This document shows positions 1 through 13,171 of a DNA stretch of 64,000 nt, in pieces; positions within the stretch are counted from its first letter, which is position 1, and each line of letters opens with the position of its first letter. Where the stretch lies: contig OZ024753.1 in assembly GCA_964016885.1 (NCBI GenBank), positions 17,422,001 through 17,486,000 of the forward strand, in the 5' to 3' direction. The notes under the pieces are model-generated. The model did not search any database, had not been told where the DNA came from, and saw nothing but the letters and a program-made list of their open reading frames with translations. The stretch comes from Eledone cirrhosa. Lineage: Eukaryota. The translations under genes were made by a program, and so were the position numbers.

Positions 1-458
1 ACTATGGTAGTAGAGCGGGTATTATGAAACAATTCAGGACACCGACAGCTGAGCTCCGGCCGTTCAACAGCTAGATCTGAACTGAATCGCCGAGGTTCGG
101 GCGGCGGGAAAATAGCTGACATCGACAGATGGTTGTGGTGCAGGGGGTAGGGGACGAGTCCATATATACTCAGTCAGTCTGTACATAAAAACGTGTTTAA
201 AGTTCTGTTTTTTTTTCGGGTCGTGGTCAGTGTTTACCAACTTTACTACCCCAAGTATCGAGTCGGGCTAGATCGGTACAGATCGAACCTTGAGCTGATC
301 AGTGGCGAAACGCGCGTCACCAACCAATAAACTTAATGAAGGAGTAACCACTCTTCCTTGTTTTATTTTATTATAATACACTCTGTATAGCTCTACACCT
401 CATCACAGAAGTGAACCTAAACATGGAGTGCTCACCCCGGTGAACCTACAGTAACGCC

Positions 459-460
<2 letters not shown>
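1..460. mobile_element. Fragments of two TA-associated interspersed repeat families (putative Penelope-like remnants)
   Basis: 1-90 is a diverged copy of the family at 22561-22645 and 45227-45307. 259-455 matches 10970-11064 (inverted) and 11107-11430 (direct). GAAACGCGCGTC hammerhead half-motif at 307-318. Ends at (TA)n. Confidence 0.55.

Positions 461-548
<88 letters not shown>
459..548. repeat. (TA)n microsatellite
   Basis: Direct reading. Confidence 0.98.
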
Positions 549-550
<2 letters not shown>

Positions 551-740
551 TAGCATGACCTGGAAGACCACAAATCTGGGTAGTAATCAATGAATGATGA
601 AATTCAGAGTGGATAGATTGGTCAGTTAGAATCCAATATTCGAGACAAACTGTTTTAACCTGTTTCTAAAATTATTTTCAACAAAACTGACCAAAATACA
701 GAGAATCAATGAACCAATATAAAATATGTGTGTTTATATT

Positions 741-782
<42 letters not shown>

Positions 783-872
783 ATATGCACACAAATATAT
801 ATATATGATATATGTATATATATATAAGAGCATATATATTTATATATGTATATATATATACATATACATATA

Positions 873-1222
873 TATCTATCTAGAGCGGGTAAAATTCCCG
901 AGATCCATGGACGAGGTCTCTTCAGCGGTCTCTGTCCCTCATTATCGCTGCCATGTCCTGCGCCTCCCATAGGGCATCAACATATGTCAACCTCGTTCTC
1001 CCTCTTCTAGTGTGTCCGTGTAGGGGCTCCCATAGGAACACTGAGTGCAGTGTCAACTCTGAATGTCGCTGAGTATGTTCAGCTAACCTCAGTCTCCTCT
1101 GTGTTACTTTTGAGCTGACTTTTGGGAGGCTCCCGTACAGCTCTGAGTTCTTGATCCTCAGTGTATACTGATTAATGCTCACAGCCATCCTCAGCATTCT
1201 CGTGTAGCACCCTTCCATCATC
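873..1222 (-). mobile_element. RTE-clade LINE 3' fragment, 5'-truncated
   Basis: ORF 922-1221 reads YTRMLRMAV...RRLRLAEH..R...LWEP..G..RRGR.RLTYVD...MRDRDR, the typical RTE ORF C-terminus. (TAGA)n tail. Close paralogue at 11456-11739. Confidence 0.88.
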
Positions 1223-1670
1223 TGTATGTGTGTATGTATATATATGTGTGTTTGTATGTGTGTGTGTGTGTATGTGTGTGTGTGTGTGTCTATGTGTGTA
1301 TGATAGATAGCTAAAACCTCAATCTTTCTATTGTTTTATATATCTTTTAACACTTAAACATTATTTTTAAATCCAGCTTGTAACTTCCAAGGAAAAGTAT
1401 ACCAAAATGGAACGGAATGGTTCTCAAATGTAATGCTTTTAGGAGAACCCCACTGTGGGACGTGCATATGTTTGGTGCGTAAATATTTTATTAAAACATT
1501 CTCATTGTTTTATTGTCTATTTTATATTCTGTTGTTGAACTTCCGTCGCGCTAGAGCGGGTAAATCGCCATTTGTTAAACAGTAACATCCATAGTGATAG
1601 GCTCTACTGATCACAGCGTAGTCATCCTGCATACTAAATGAACATGTGGTAGTTGTAATAGGAACTAGAT

Positions 1671-1862
1671 CAGTGTAGTACTCTGTATATTAAAGGAAGT
1701 TGCAATAGGTTTAAGGGAAAATAGTGCAGTGTAGTACTCTGTATATTAAAGGAAGTTGCAATAGGTTTAAGGGAAAATAGTGCAGTGTAGTACTCTGTAT
1801 ATTAAAGGAAGACGTAGAAAATTTAAGGGGAAATAGCATAACGTAGTATTCCGCATATTAAA
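1671..1862. repeat. 56-bp tandem repeat, about 3.4 copies
   Basis: CAGTGTAGTACTCTGTATATTAAAGGAAG recurs with a period of about 56 bp. Confidence 0.9.
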
Positions 1863-3198
1863 TACCCATGTATAGACATGCCAAATAGTTAAGAAGTTTG
1901 CTCTGCAATCATGAGGTTCCGAGTTGAAGGTCATTGTTAGACAACTACATCTGATACTTTTTACTTCAACTTAGGACCGAACCACATCTTCCGATGAATT
2001 TGGAGAGACGAAAACTATGTGGAAACTTGTCGGATGGAATGCACCTCAAATTTCAAGGTCCAGCTTGGTCCCTTAGTATTATACCTATTATACCCAAGAA
2101 GTAGGTGATGAGTACACGTGTCAAAAGAATACTAAGCCACTTACACATTAATTTCACGAGTAGATTATAGTGTTGATGGTGAACAACGGAATAATATACA
2201 GAAAAAGAAAGCAACATTAGAAAGGACTATAAATGCTATAAATGAGGAAAAGGAGGGAAAAATCAAGGATTATTAGGCAACGGAAAAAATAAAGAGGGAA
2301 AGGGAGAGGGGGGACAGAGTGTACACCCGCTGCAACAGCTTCCCTACCTCACGGGGCTCCTTCCTCAGACGGGCTTCTGTCGTTCCGATTTTACATAGGA
2401 CAGCTGTACAAATAATTAGCATTAATAGTAGTAAAGGGTCTCTCTTATACGTTTACAATCTAGTCTTACATATGTAGTGCGGTGAGCTGAAAACACCATT
2501 AATTGCTACTTTCCATGCAACAAGTAATAGAATTATAGATGGTGTAGATGGAAACGTTTAAGAATAGGATCCACTCCTATCTACATCATCTTTATTTACT
2601 AAATACTTCGATCGATTGAGATTATTAAAGTTATCACTTTTGATTTAAAGCATCATTACATGGCCATTAACAATTGAATATATTATATTACCCAACTACT
2701 TCTTATTTTATCGAACACAAAAGATGACCATCGCGGGTTTTTTGTACCCAGAAAAATGTCCTTAACTAAACACCACTCGGTATTTTGTCTATCGCTCTAC
2801 AATCCTGACATTTCTCTGCCACTGATTGTTTTATATTGAACCTTAATTAGTTCTTTAACATAGATATTGGTGTTATGGTTGCATTTCGAATACGAATCAC
2901 AGTAACTGTATATCACCGTCTGATATACATTGTTCTATGTTTAATCTGATCTAGTAAACCTATGCCCAAAGCCCTTCCCGTGCTGTCTATATCTTCATAT
3001 TTTCAGACACAATTTATTGATATCTACCTTATTATAAGTGTCCTATCTCTTTTAAGACGATAGAAAACGATTTCAGGGAGATGGGGTTGCTATGTCTAGC
3101 ATGTTGAATGACCACATACAAGCAGCCTTGTTGGCTGGAATCCTATGTAACCTGTATTTAGATATCGTCCTTTATATTTCTCTTATTCTAAACCAACT

Positions 3199-3334
3199 AG
3201 TTACGTCCCTTTACGGTCTGAGTTCAAATCCCGTCGAGGTTAACTTTGCCTTTCATCCTTACGGGGTCGATAAAATAAAGTACCAGTAATACACTGGGAT
3301 AAGTGTTGGCCTTGTGCCAAAAGTAGAAACAATT
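3199..3334 (+). mobile_element. SINE family A, 5'-truncated
   Basis: GAGTTCAAATCCCG (B-box-like)...GGGGTCGATAAAATAAAGTACCAG...GGCCTTGTGCCAAAAGTAGAAACAATT, shared with about ten other copies in the window. Confidence 0.9.
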
Positions 3335-3599
3335 ATTTGTGTCTTAGTTTTAGTACACAACGTAATATGATTTTCATAAGACTAATTCTCGGACTATATT
3401 GTTCAATCTTCCCAGCATTAAGGGATTTGTTGGTGATGTGGCAGCTATATTTAGCATGTCAAGTAACCACATATAACCTCCTGAAAGAAAGAAATGTATA
3501 TTCAACTTTAAGGAAGCGACTTTATAGAATATAGTAAAATTAAAATATTAGTTCTCACTCAATTCTTAGCATAAGATCAAATTACTAGCGACATCTATT

Positions 3600-4695
3600 G
3601 GATGGTGGTGGTAGTTGAGTGGTAAATGATGCTGGTGGTGGTGGTAGTTGAGTGGTAAATGATGCTGGTGGTGGTGGTAGTTGAGTGGTAAATGATGCTG
3701 GTGGTGGTGGTAGTTGAGTGGTAAATGATGCTGGTGGTGGTGGGTGGGGTGGTAAATGATGCTGGTGGTGGTGGTGGGTGGGGTGGTAAATGATGCTGGT
3801 GGTGGAGGTAGGGAGGGTGGTAAATGATGCTGGTGGTGGTGGGTAGGTAGTGTGGTAAATGATGCTGGTGGTGGTGGTGGGTGGGGTGGTAAATGATGCT
3901 GGTGGTGGAGGTAGGGAGGGTGGTAAATGATGCTGGTGGTGGTGGGTAGGTAGTGTAGTAAATGATGCTGGTGGTGGTGGTGGGTGGGGTGGTAAATGAT
4001 GCTGGTGGTGGAGGTAGGGAGGGTGGTAAATGATGCTGGTGGTGGTGGTAGGTAGTGTGGTAAATGATGCTGGTGGTGGTGGTGGGTGGGGTGGTAAATG
4101 ATGCTGGTGGTGGTGGTGGGTGGGGTGGTAAATGATGCTGGTGGTGGTGGTGGGTAGGGTGGTAAATGATGCTGGTGGTGGTGGTGGTAGTTGAGTGGTA
4201 AATGATGCTGGTGGTGGTGGGTGGGGTGGTAAATGATGCTGGTGGTGGTGGTGGGTGGGGTGGTAAATGATGCTGGTGGTGGTGGTGGGTGGGGTGGTAA
4301 ATGATGCTGGTGGTGGTGGTGGGTGGGGTGGTAAATGATGCTGGTGGTGGTGGTGGTAGTTGAGTGGGAAATGATGCTGGTGGTGGTGGGTAGGGGGGAA
4401 ATGATGCTGGTGGTGGTGGGCTGGGTGGTAAATGATGCTGGTGGTGGTGGGTGGGGTGGTAAATGATGCTGGTGGTGGTGGTAGGGAGGGTGGTAAATGA
4501 TGCTGGTGGTGGTGGTGAGTAGGGTGGTAAATGATGCTGGTGGTGGTGGTGAGTAGGGTGGTAAATGATGCTGGTGGTGGTGGTAGGGTGGGATATGATG
4601 CTGGTGGTGGTGGGTAGGGTGGTAAATGATGCTGGTGGTGGTGAGTAGGGTGGTAAATGATGCTGGTGGTGGTGGTAGGGTGGGATATGATGCTG
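3600..4695. repeat. G-rich minisatellite, variable unit of about 33-39 bp built on GGTAAATGATGCT(GGT)n
   Basis: Direct reading. It generates the three overlapping P/H/T-rich ORFs. Confidence 0.97.
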
Positions 4696-4869
4696 AAGTA
4701 TGTAAAAGACATGAAAGTTTAATGGTGGATGCGACATTTAAATTCAACAATTCATGTATTTAGCCATCAAGATATTGTTTCTAATATAATTATATCAGTG
4801 TATTCAATCATAGCGTTTCTATTTTCACTTCTATATTGATACTGTTGGTATTGTTGTTTGTATTTTTAT

Positions 4870-5050
4870 ATAGCCCCAGGTCAGAATCATCAGGCAAGAT
4901 CTATGATCAAATATCTTTCAACCGTGACCATCAACCCGTAATTTCCTGTATGTGGCAACATTTTCCCAATATGCCCTACCTTAAGACAGTAGTATGTGAC
5001 TTGAGGGAGATTACGCTGCTATTTCTAGCCGATCGTTCGGCTACATAAGG
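4870..5050. mobile_element. Old interspersed repeat, related to 2930-3130
   Basis: Both segments share the diverged blocks ACCTATG/ATCTATG, CTTTTAAGACG/CCTTAAGACA and GGGAGAT...TGCTAT.TCTAGC. Confidence 0.4.
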
Positions 5051-5174
5051 ACAATCCATTAGATCGCTATATATTGCAGTTGTAGATATTGATGTTGTTG
5101 TTGTTTTAAAAAATAATAATGAAATTATTGTGTACAGTGCTCAGGTGCACTACAACTTTTGTTGTTTTGTTATT

Positions 5175-6537
5175 GCTCCATCTCTTCCATCTTGCTTCAA
5201 CACCGAGTGTAACAGTCTTTACTCCATCTCTTCCATCTTACCTCAACTCCGAGTGTTGAGTCTTTACTCAATATTTTCCATCTTGCCTCAACTCCGAGTG
5301 TAACAGTCTTTACTCCATCTCTTCCATCTTACCTCAACTCCGAGTATGTGTCTTTACTCCATCTCTTCCACCTTACCTCAACTCCGAGTGTTGAGTCTTT
5401 ACTCAATATTTTCCATCTTGCCTCAACTCCGAGTGTAAGAGTCTTTACTCCATATCTTCCATCTTGCCTCAACTCCGAGTGTTGAGTCTTTACTCCATCT
5501 CTTCCACCTTAGCTCAACTCTGAGTGTTGAGTCTTTACTCCATCTCTTCCACCTTACCTCAACTCCGAGTGTTGAGACTTTACTCCATATCTTCCATCTT
5601 GCCTCAACTCCGAGTGTTGAGTCTTTACTCCATCTCTTCCACCTTAGCTCAACTCTGAGTGTTGAGTCTTTACTCCATCTCTTCCACCTTACCTCAACTC
5701 CGAGTGTTGAGACTTTACTCCATCTCTTCCATCTTGCCTCAACTCCGAGTGTTGAGTCTTTACTCCATCTCTTCCATCTTGCCTCAACTCCGAGTGTTGA
5801 GTCTTTACTCCATCTCTTCCATCTTGCATCAACTCCGAGTGTAACAGTCTTTACTCCATATCTTCCATGTTGCCTCAACTCCGAGTGTAACAGTTTTTAC
5901 TCCATATCTTCCATCTTGCCTCAACTCCGAGTGTAACAGTCTTTACTCCATCTCCTCCATCTTGCCTCAACTCCGAGTGTAACAGTCTTTACTCCATATC
6001 TTCCGTCTTGCCTCAACTCCGAGTGTTGAGTCTTAAATCCATCTCTTCCATCTTACCTCAACTCCGAGTGTTGAGTCTTTACTCAATATCTTCCATCTTG
6101 CCTCAACTCCGAGTGTTGAGTCTTTACTCCATCTCTTCCATCTTGCCTCAGCTCCAAGTATGACTCTTTACTCCCTCTCTTCCACATTACCTCAACTCCG
6201 AGTGTAACAGTCTTCACTCCATCTCTTCCATCTTGCCTCAACTCCAAGTATGAGTCTTTAATCAATCTCTTCCACCTTACCTCAACTCCGAGTGTTGAGT
6301 CTTTACTCCATCTCTTCCATCTTGCCTCAACTCCGAGTGTAACAGTCTTTACTCCATCTCGACCACCTTAACTCAACTCCGAGTGTTGAGTCTTTACTCC
6401 ATCTCTTCCATCTTACCTCAACTCCGAGTGCTGAGTCTTTACTCCATCTCTTCCATCTTACCTCAACTTCGAGTGTAACAGTCTTTACTCCATCTCTTCC
6501 ACCTTACCTCAACTCCATATCTATGAGTCTTTACTCT
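5175..6537. repeat. 45-bp minisatellite, about 30 copies
   Basis: Unit ACTCCATCTCTTCCATCTTGCCTCAACTCCGAGTGTTGAGTCTTT, with a TGTAACAG variant. Confidence 0.97.
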
Positions 6538-7211
6538 CACCTGTACTCTCACTAATGCCACGTCAACGATAGTTCGTCGTAACAGTTGAGATTCGGGGGA
6601 AAAGATGGAACCGAAGAGCCTGAAATTTAGTCATGTTTTTGTAATTGACCGAGAAGCTGTTTTTAAGATGATGTGCCACAACAGCCCATCATAACTAGAA
6701 TGTCTCTGTTTCGTTTCTCAACCTCATCCTGCTTATTGAACACCTATAGTCTATTCTCGTAACATAAGTGAATCGATTTTCTAAACGAATACTACTCCCA
6801 AGCGGCGAAGATTTTATGATCTATTCAAAATCACAAGAAAAGTTCATAGTTCTACCTTCTAGGGGTTAGGATTAAATGGAAGTGGCGGTATTGTCAGAAA
6901 CATGCATATTTAGTACCAAATAAAATATGACAGAAAGTAATTGCGAAAAGTTTTACCATGTATACTCGAATATAAGTATACGGTAACTGTTATACATTGA
7001 GAGGGCATGAAAACTAAATTGATAAAAGAACCGATAACAATAGTATACTGTGGAAGATATAACAATGAATCGTGTAATGATTTAAAACCGATGGAAATGA
7101 AAGGAATTACCGACATTAGTGAAAGTTTTTCTTAATTCATTTTCTCCATTAAAGTCCTTTAAGAACATTTTGTTCCGCTGGTCTAAATAACGGAAAGCAA
7201 TAATCTGGCAA

Positions 7212-7722
7212 ACGGTAAATAAAACAATAGTCTAGCAGACAGTAAATAAAACAATAGTCTAGCAGACGGCAAATAAGGTAAAACAATAGTCTAGCAGACG
7301 GTAAATAAAACAATAGTCTAGCATACGGTAAATAAGGTAAAACAATAGTCTAGCAGACAGTAAATAAAACAATAGTCTAGCAGACGGTAAATAAGGCAAA
7401 ACAATAGTCTAGCAGACGGTAAATAAAACAATAGTGTAGCAGACGGTAAATAAAACAATAGTCTAGCAGACAGTAAATAAAACAATAGTCTTCCATACGG
7501 TAAATAAGGTAAAACAATAGTCTAGCATACGGTAAATAAGGTAAAACAATAGTCTAGCAGACGGTAAATAAAACAATAGTCTAGCAGACGGTAAATAAGG
7601 TAAAACAATAGTCTAGCAGACGGTAAATAAAACAATAGTCTAGCAGACGGTAAATAAGGTAAAACAATAGTCTAGCAGACGGTAAATAAAACAATAGTCT
7701 AGCAGACGGTAAATAAAACAAT
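7212..7722. repeat. 27/32-bp minisatellite
   Basis: AGTCTAGCAGACGGTAAATAA(GGTAA)AACAAT, short and long units interleaved. Confidence 0.96.
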
Positions 7723-8110
7723 ATATTTCATGTAACCTTAAATAAATATTAAAATATGAATTGTATATAATATGAAATGTTTGTTATTTTTAAATTCTAA
7801 AATTCAGGAAGGCAAACCAAAGTGCCGCTGGAATAAATGTCCAAAACTTCGATGTAGACTGAAAGTACGAAAAAAGAATTCTTGCTGTTTTAGATGCCAA
7901 CGTAAGTATGAAACATGATACATTCACACACAGGTCAGGGTATATAAAGGAGCTAGAACTGAATGGGCAAAGATTGTAGAAAGGGATGCAAATGGAACTT
8001 GCCCCGGATGTAACACATGCGCAAACTAAGAACACAACACACAACACACAAAAACAAGATTGTGTAGGACAAAACAAAGGAGGGATACACAAAATAAAAA
8101 TAAAAACCTA

Positions 8111-8153
8111 GTCACTGAGGACGTCACAGAATGTGTGACGAAAGAGCTTTGGC
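8111..8153 (+). ncRNA. Minimal type I hammerhead ribozyme-like motif
   Basis: GTCA-CTGAGGA-C-GTCACA(GAATG)TGTGAC-GAAA-GAGCTT^TGGC. Stem I GTCA/TGGC, 6-bp stem II, weak stem III. Confidence 0.55.
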
Positions 8154-8454
8154 AATATATAAACAAACTTCCGGTTATAGAACCAACCAACCAACCGGAA
8201 ATTTATAATAAATTGAAGTGAAAACCATCAGGTGCGTGTGTTTTCATTGGCAACATGACCCTCCCAAAGTATAACAATATCTGTTTCAACACCTGTTTTC
8301 AGATAAGAAATATCGCAAAACAAATTCAAAAACGAATTATATATATATAATTGCATACAAACCTACAGTCAGTAAGCACCTCTTAACCCAATGTACACCC
8401 ACCCCACATACCCTACCCCACCCTACCTTTACCCTTCCGTCCACTGTGTCGATG

Positions 8455-8673
8455 ACACAACAGTCCACACTGTAGGAGACACGGTAAAAAAAACCCCAGT
8501 CCACACTGTAAATGTGGTTGGTGTTAGGAAGGGCATCCAGCTGTAATAAACCTGCCAAAGACACTTTCGAACGATCGAGGAATGGTCTCCCGACCATTCC
8601 CACATCAAATGGAACAAAACCGTCTAACCCATGCTAGCGTGGAAGATGGACGGTAAACGATGATGATGATGAT
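8455..8673 (+). mobile_element. SINE-like family D, 3' part with (GAT)n tail
   Basis: GGTTGGTGTTAGGAAGGGCATCCAGC...CCCATGCTAGCGTGGAAGATGGACGGTAAACGATGATGATG. Reverse-complement paralogue at 13755-14000. Confidence 0.8.
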
Positions 8674-10794
8674 ATATATATATATATTGAACAAAGGTGA
8701 TTGCGAGGAATCAAACCCAAATAGTTGCCTTATGTAATTAACCAATTTCTTTATCTTCTTTTATTTTCATTTCATTTTAGGGAAAAGAAAAAAATCGGAC
8801 AACAAGACAGGGCGACGGAAACATTAAGTGGAATATTCCAAAGATTCTAAAACTAGAAAACAAAAGAAGAAAGAAAAAAGAGTGAAAATTCAATGAAGTT
8901 AAACTTTGAAGAAATAAATAATATCTGTGTTGAAAGATTTCTGAAGAAATATTACTAAATATTGAAGTAATATTCTAGAAAGATATCATTATTGAAATAT
9001 ATGCAACAACGTTGATTGATAAACTGTGAGGAGATATACGAGATATATACAAAATACTGACAATTACTTACAGAGAACTGAATAAAAAGACTGTAAGAAA
9101 AGATTGATACATGAAAATCAAAACGACATAACTATAAATACACACACACACATATATATATATGTATGTACATATATAAATGCACACACACATATATATA
9201 TATATATACATATATATATATGTATATATATATACATATATGCGTGTGTTTGTGTATGTATGTATGTAAATACAAGAGACTTTTATTGAACCGTTACTCT
9301 GATTTTCACATTGCTGTGTATTCAAATGATTGAACAAGGGACACAGATTAATAACATATAATCAAAAATATTCGTAAACACACCGAAATATGATTAGTCA
9401 ACAAGGTTTGATTGTTACAGCCCCAAAGAAAATAGATCATAGTTTCATATATTGAATTGTCATACATCGAATATGTGATATAATCATCTAATCACGTGAA
9501 AAAATACCCCTCCCCCTGATATTTTCATGCCAAGAGTATCATATGTGTAAAACACACCTCAACAAGGAAGGTGACTACTGTTAATAATACTTTGTGTTGA
9601 TAAATAACTTAATGTTTATTTTGTTTTCAATATACGTCCACCATTCAGTGTATTATATGGGAAATAAAATTCTTTAGCCAGTTGGTAATCAGAAATGACT
9701 TAATATCGATGGGCGTTTCCAATATGTTGTTCATTATAACAAACGTCTGTAATAAGGTGTACTACAAATCGTAGATAAAAGATTTCGACCTTTTAATGTA
9801 AGAAGACACTTTTTATATGAAGTGTCAATTGATTTGTAAATAAATATTTTGGATAGTGAATTAAAATATGATATATAGTTCCCGTAAGGCTACAGTATCT
9901 ACACTGTTGGTTACTTTGTATTTTGCTATACAACTAACAACATAGTAATACTAGAATTAGTTTTCTGATACTCAATTGTGATATTCTTTCAACAATATCT
10001 CAGATACGAACAAATATTTTCGTGTATATAACTGGTTTTGTATGAAGAAACAGGTATGTGTTTGAATTTTATAATGTTGTGTAACATGATTTGTGTAACA
10101 TGATTTGAAAGCTGTTGAATCATTTTTGAAAACCTTTTATTTTTCCCATTATATTTAACAGGACAAACCCAAGGTTTATATTTTGATAAACATTCAGAAA
10201 AGCTGGTAAGCAGAAAGTTTTCGGAGAAGACCCCCCCCCCCCCCTCCCCAGCAAATGTTTCGCCCATTCTGAAACATTTGTTTCAGGGTGTTTCTCCTTT
10301 GAAGATCGTCTGCTGTCCAGCTCTCCTGAGACATTTCTGCCACTATAAAAAGGCAACATACACATACTTCGAATTTGTCCTGATATAAGTTCAAATGTTA
10401 CCATATTTTGATGTGCTTACAAAATATTTTCCTAATATATTATCCCGCTACTTCCGTTAATCAATCTAATATACGAACATTTCAATAATATATACTTATT
10501 GAACATTTAGGAGCTTCATCATAGTATTTTGACTGTGAAGAATAGTCAAAACAAACTGGACGTAAACAGACTCTGAATGGAAAAGACATGACACAAATCT
10601 GTTGAAGCTTCTACATTTTCAATAAGAATATATATATATATATATATATATATAAGCAGAAGGGATATTCAATTTGTTGGTAATTCAACAAATATAAATG
10701 TTTATAACTGATTCAGAGCACTTGACAGGAAAAACTTGAACCGTTAAGGTATATTTTCCTTGGTTATATCAAAATTTATAAAACACCTTTCGTA

Positions 10795-10851
10795 TTTTAT
10801 CTGATGATAGCGTACCAAAGTCTTGGTACCCTTGAAATATATATAATAGAA
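10795..10851 (+). ncRNA. Minimal type I hammerhead ribozyme in a TA-flanked repeat (about 10655-10895)
   Basis: TTTTAT-CTGATGA-stem II (GTACCAA/TTGGTAC)-GAAA-T(ATAT)A-TA^ATAGAA. Paralogous repeat on the minus strand at about 54165-54311. Confidence 0.7.
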
Positions 10852-10895
10852 TAAATATGGTTTTATAAAGATAGTTTCCATTTATTTAATATCAT

Positions 10896-10962
<67 letters not shown>

Positions 10963-11149
10963 CAAGTACGAATGGTTACTGCTTCATTACATTTATTGGT
11001 TGCTGACGCGTGTTTTGCTACTGATCATCTGAAGATTCGATTTGTATCGATCTGGCCCGACTCTGGAATCAAAAGCCCCTCGGACCTCTATAGTAGTAAT
11101 GATAGAATGAAGGAGTAACCATTCATCCATGTGTTATTATACTACACTC

Positions 11150-11338
11150 AAAGGCGGTGGATTGGCAGTATCGATAGAGGTCGGACGCCATGCTTTGACG
11201 TATAGAGTTACGGCCCTTGCCATTCTGAGTTCAAATTCCGCCGAAGTTAACTTTGCCTTTCATCCTTATGGGGTCGATAAAATAAAGTACCAGTAATACA
11301 CTGGGTAATTGCTGGCCTTGTGCCTAAAGAAGAAACAA
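11150..11338 (+). mobile_element. SINE family A, full length, with 16-bp TSD
   Basis: TSD TTATTATACTACACTC at 11134-11149 and 11339-11354. Inserted into a copy of the repeat seen at 335-455. Confidence 0.93.
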
Positions 11339-11455
11339 TTATTATACTACACTCTTTCTACCTCTACACCTCCAAAGTGACATGAACCTAAACATCGAGT
11401 GCTCACCTGGCTGAACCTACAGTAACTTCGCGTTACACTCTCTGGATATATATAT

Positions 11456-11739
11456 GGGAGCATCCCAAAAGTCAGCTCAAAAGTGACACAGAGGAGACTG
11501 AGGTTAGCTGGACATGCTCACCGACATCCAGAGTTGACATTGCACTCAGTGCTCCTTTGGGAGCCGCTACATGGACACACTAGAAGAGGAAGACCAAGGT
11601 TAACGTATGTTGATGCCCTAAGGACAGACACTGGTCTGTTGGAGACGCAGGACATGGCAGCGATAATGAGGGACAGAGACCGCTGGAGAGAACTCGTCCA
11701 TGGATCTCGGGAATTTTACCGGCCTTAGATAGATAGATA
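11456..11739 (+). mobile_element. RTE-clade LINE 3' fragment
   Basis: ORF 11483-11728 RRLRLAGHAHRH...RRGRPRLTYVD...MRDRDRWRELV, then stop and (TAGA)n tail. Confidence 0.9.
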
Positions 11740-11953
11740 TATAGGTGTGCAAATACTAAATCTCTCTATATGTAAATAATACACTCATAAACCAAAGTCA
11801 ATAATAAACAAACAACCAATGACGGTAAGACAATCAAATGACAAACTCGTAACTAATACCATCATTAAAACAAAGCCGATTATAAGATAAATGTCTATAC
11901 TAGATCCAACACATCATCCACACGCATATATATATATATACACACACACACAG

Positions 11954-12004
<51 letters not shown>

Positions 12005-12270
12005 GGAGGTGAGTTTTATTGTAGTACAATAAAGCAATGCAGATATCGGATAAGGAGCACTCTACAGTTTGTAGGACTGGAGTATAAATAATATATAAGA
12101 CACACATCTCTCCTCTTATCTCATGCTTCCTCATTATACTCCCCCCCCCTCCACTTTTTACTCTCATCTTTTTTTCCCAATATCACAGATCAATCTAAAA
12201 CTACTTTTCATATGTTGATTTAAAACTGCATTATTCACAAGTGTATTTTAACCTTCATATCATGTCTCCC

Positions 12271-12340
12271 TATTTTATCTGACGAAAACGCAAATGTTAT
12301 TGCTGATGATATTTGTTTTTGAAATGCGCATAATAAAATA
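12271..12340 (+). ncRNA. Type I hammerhead ribozyme, intact core
   Basis: Perfect 8-bp stem I TATTTTAT/ATAAAATA. CTGACGA at 12279. Long stem II CAAATGTTATT/GATGATATTTG. GAAA at 12321. Stem III T(GCGC)A. AUA site, cleavage predicted after 12332. Confidence 0.8.
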
Positions 12341-12368
12341 CATGGAACTCTTTTAACCATCTTTTGAT

Positions 12369-12418
<50 letters not shown>

Positions 12419-12656
12419 GAGCGAGAGAGAGAGAGAGGGTGAAATTGGAAATAGCACGGAAAATATATTTTAGGGTCTGTTTTTCTCTTCTTTGATTCGT
12501 CAAAGTGACATTAATGAGAGGGACAGTTTTATAAAGTATATAAAGTATTACCGGTTTTGATGTATTATTGAAATTCATCTTATCAAATGACGGGTATTAC
12601 AATTAAAAAGAATTAATAAGATTTAAAAACTAAAAATGTATTCACATTTCGACAGT

Positions 12657-12823
12657 GGATCGACTTTCGTCAAATCGTACCTAGGAAACAATGTTTCCAT
12701 TGGTCTTTCTAATTGCTAATACTCTCTATCGGCTGCAACTCCAGGTAGAAGGAGCAACGTGAAATAAAGTGTCTTGCTCAAGGAAATAACGCATCGCCGG
12801 TTCAGGAATCGAACTCACAACCT
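12657..12823 (-). mobile_element. tRNA-derived SINE family B, 5'-truncated
   Basis: Reverse complement of 16840-17008. Confidence 0.9.
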
Positions 12824-13171
12824 ATATATATATATATATGATGGCTGCAACTCGATTCCGTGTAATGCCATCGGTTGATACTTAAGCATGACCTCACGGA
12901 TTACCAATTATCTTCTTAATCTGAACTGTTTAATTCGCCCCTTATTTTTTTTATTGCTCCACAAAGAATGTAATTTGTTTAAAAAGTTCACCAATATAAG
13001 AAAAAGATACTTTATTGGTTTGTCGTAGAATTATATTCATTAAAAAGGAATAATAGAAACGATATTATCACCACTTTTAAGTCGACAATTGATGACAGAA
13101 TTATTTCCCTTTGAGATAAAGAGTGCAGTCAACACATTTCTTACAAGGTTTAGAAAGACAAGTCTTTAGGT

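Noticed and set aside
11-1565. TAGAGCGGGTA occurring three times (11, 881, 1552)
   Set aside because: It falls in unrelated elements and does not bound a coherent unit, so it is probably coincidence.
3566-4750. Three overlapping Pro/His/Thr-rich extensin-like ORFs
   Set aside because: All three minus frames are open across a minisatellite and cycle through the same motifs.
5423-6265. ORFs with WKRWSKDSTLGVE repeats
   Set aside because: Translation of a 45-bp minisatellite that has in-frame stops in other units.
8936-9000. Hammerhead-like CTGAAGA, 9-bp stem, GAAA
   Set aside because: There are extra bases before GAAA and no properly placed NUH site, so it is at best a decayed relic.
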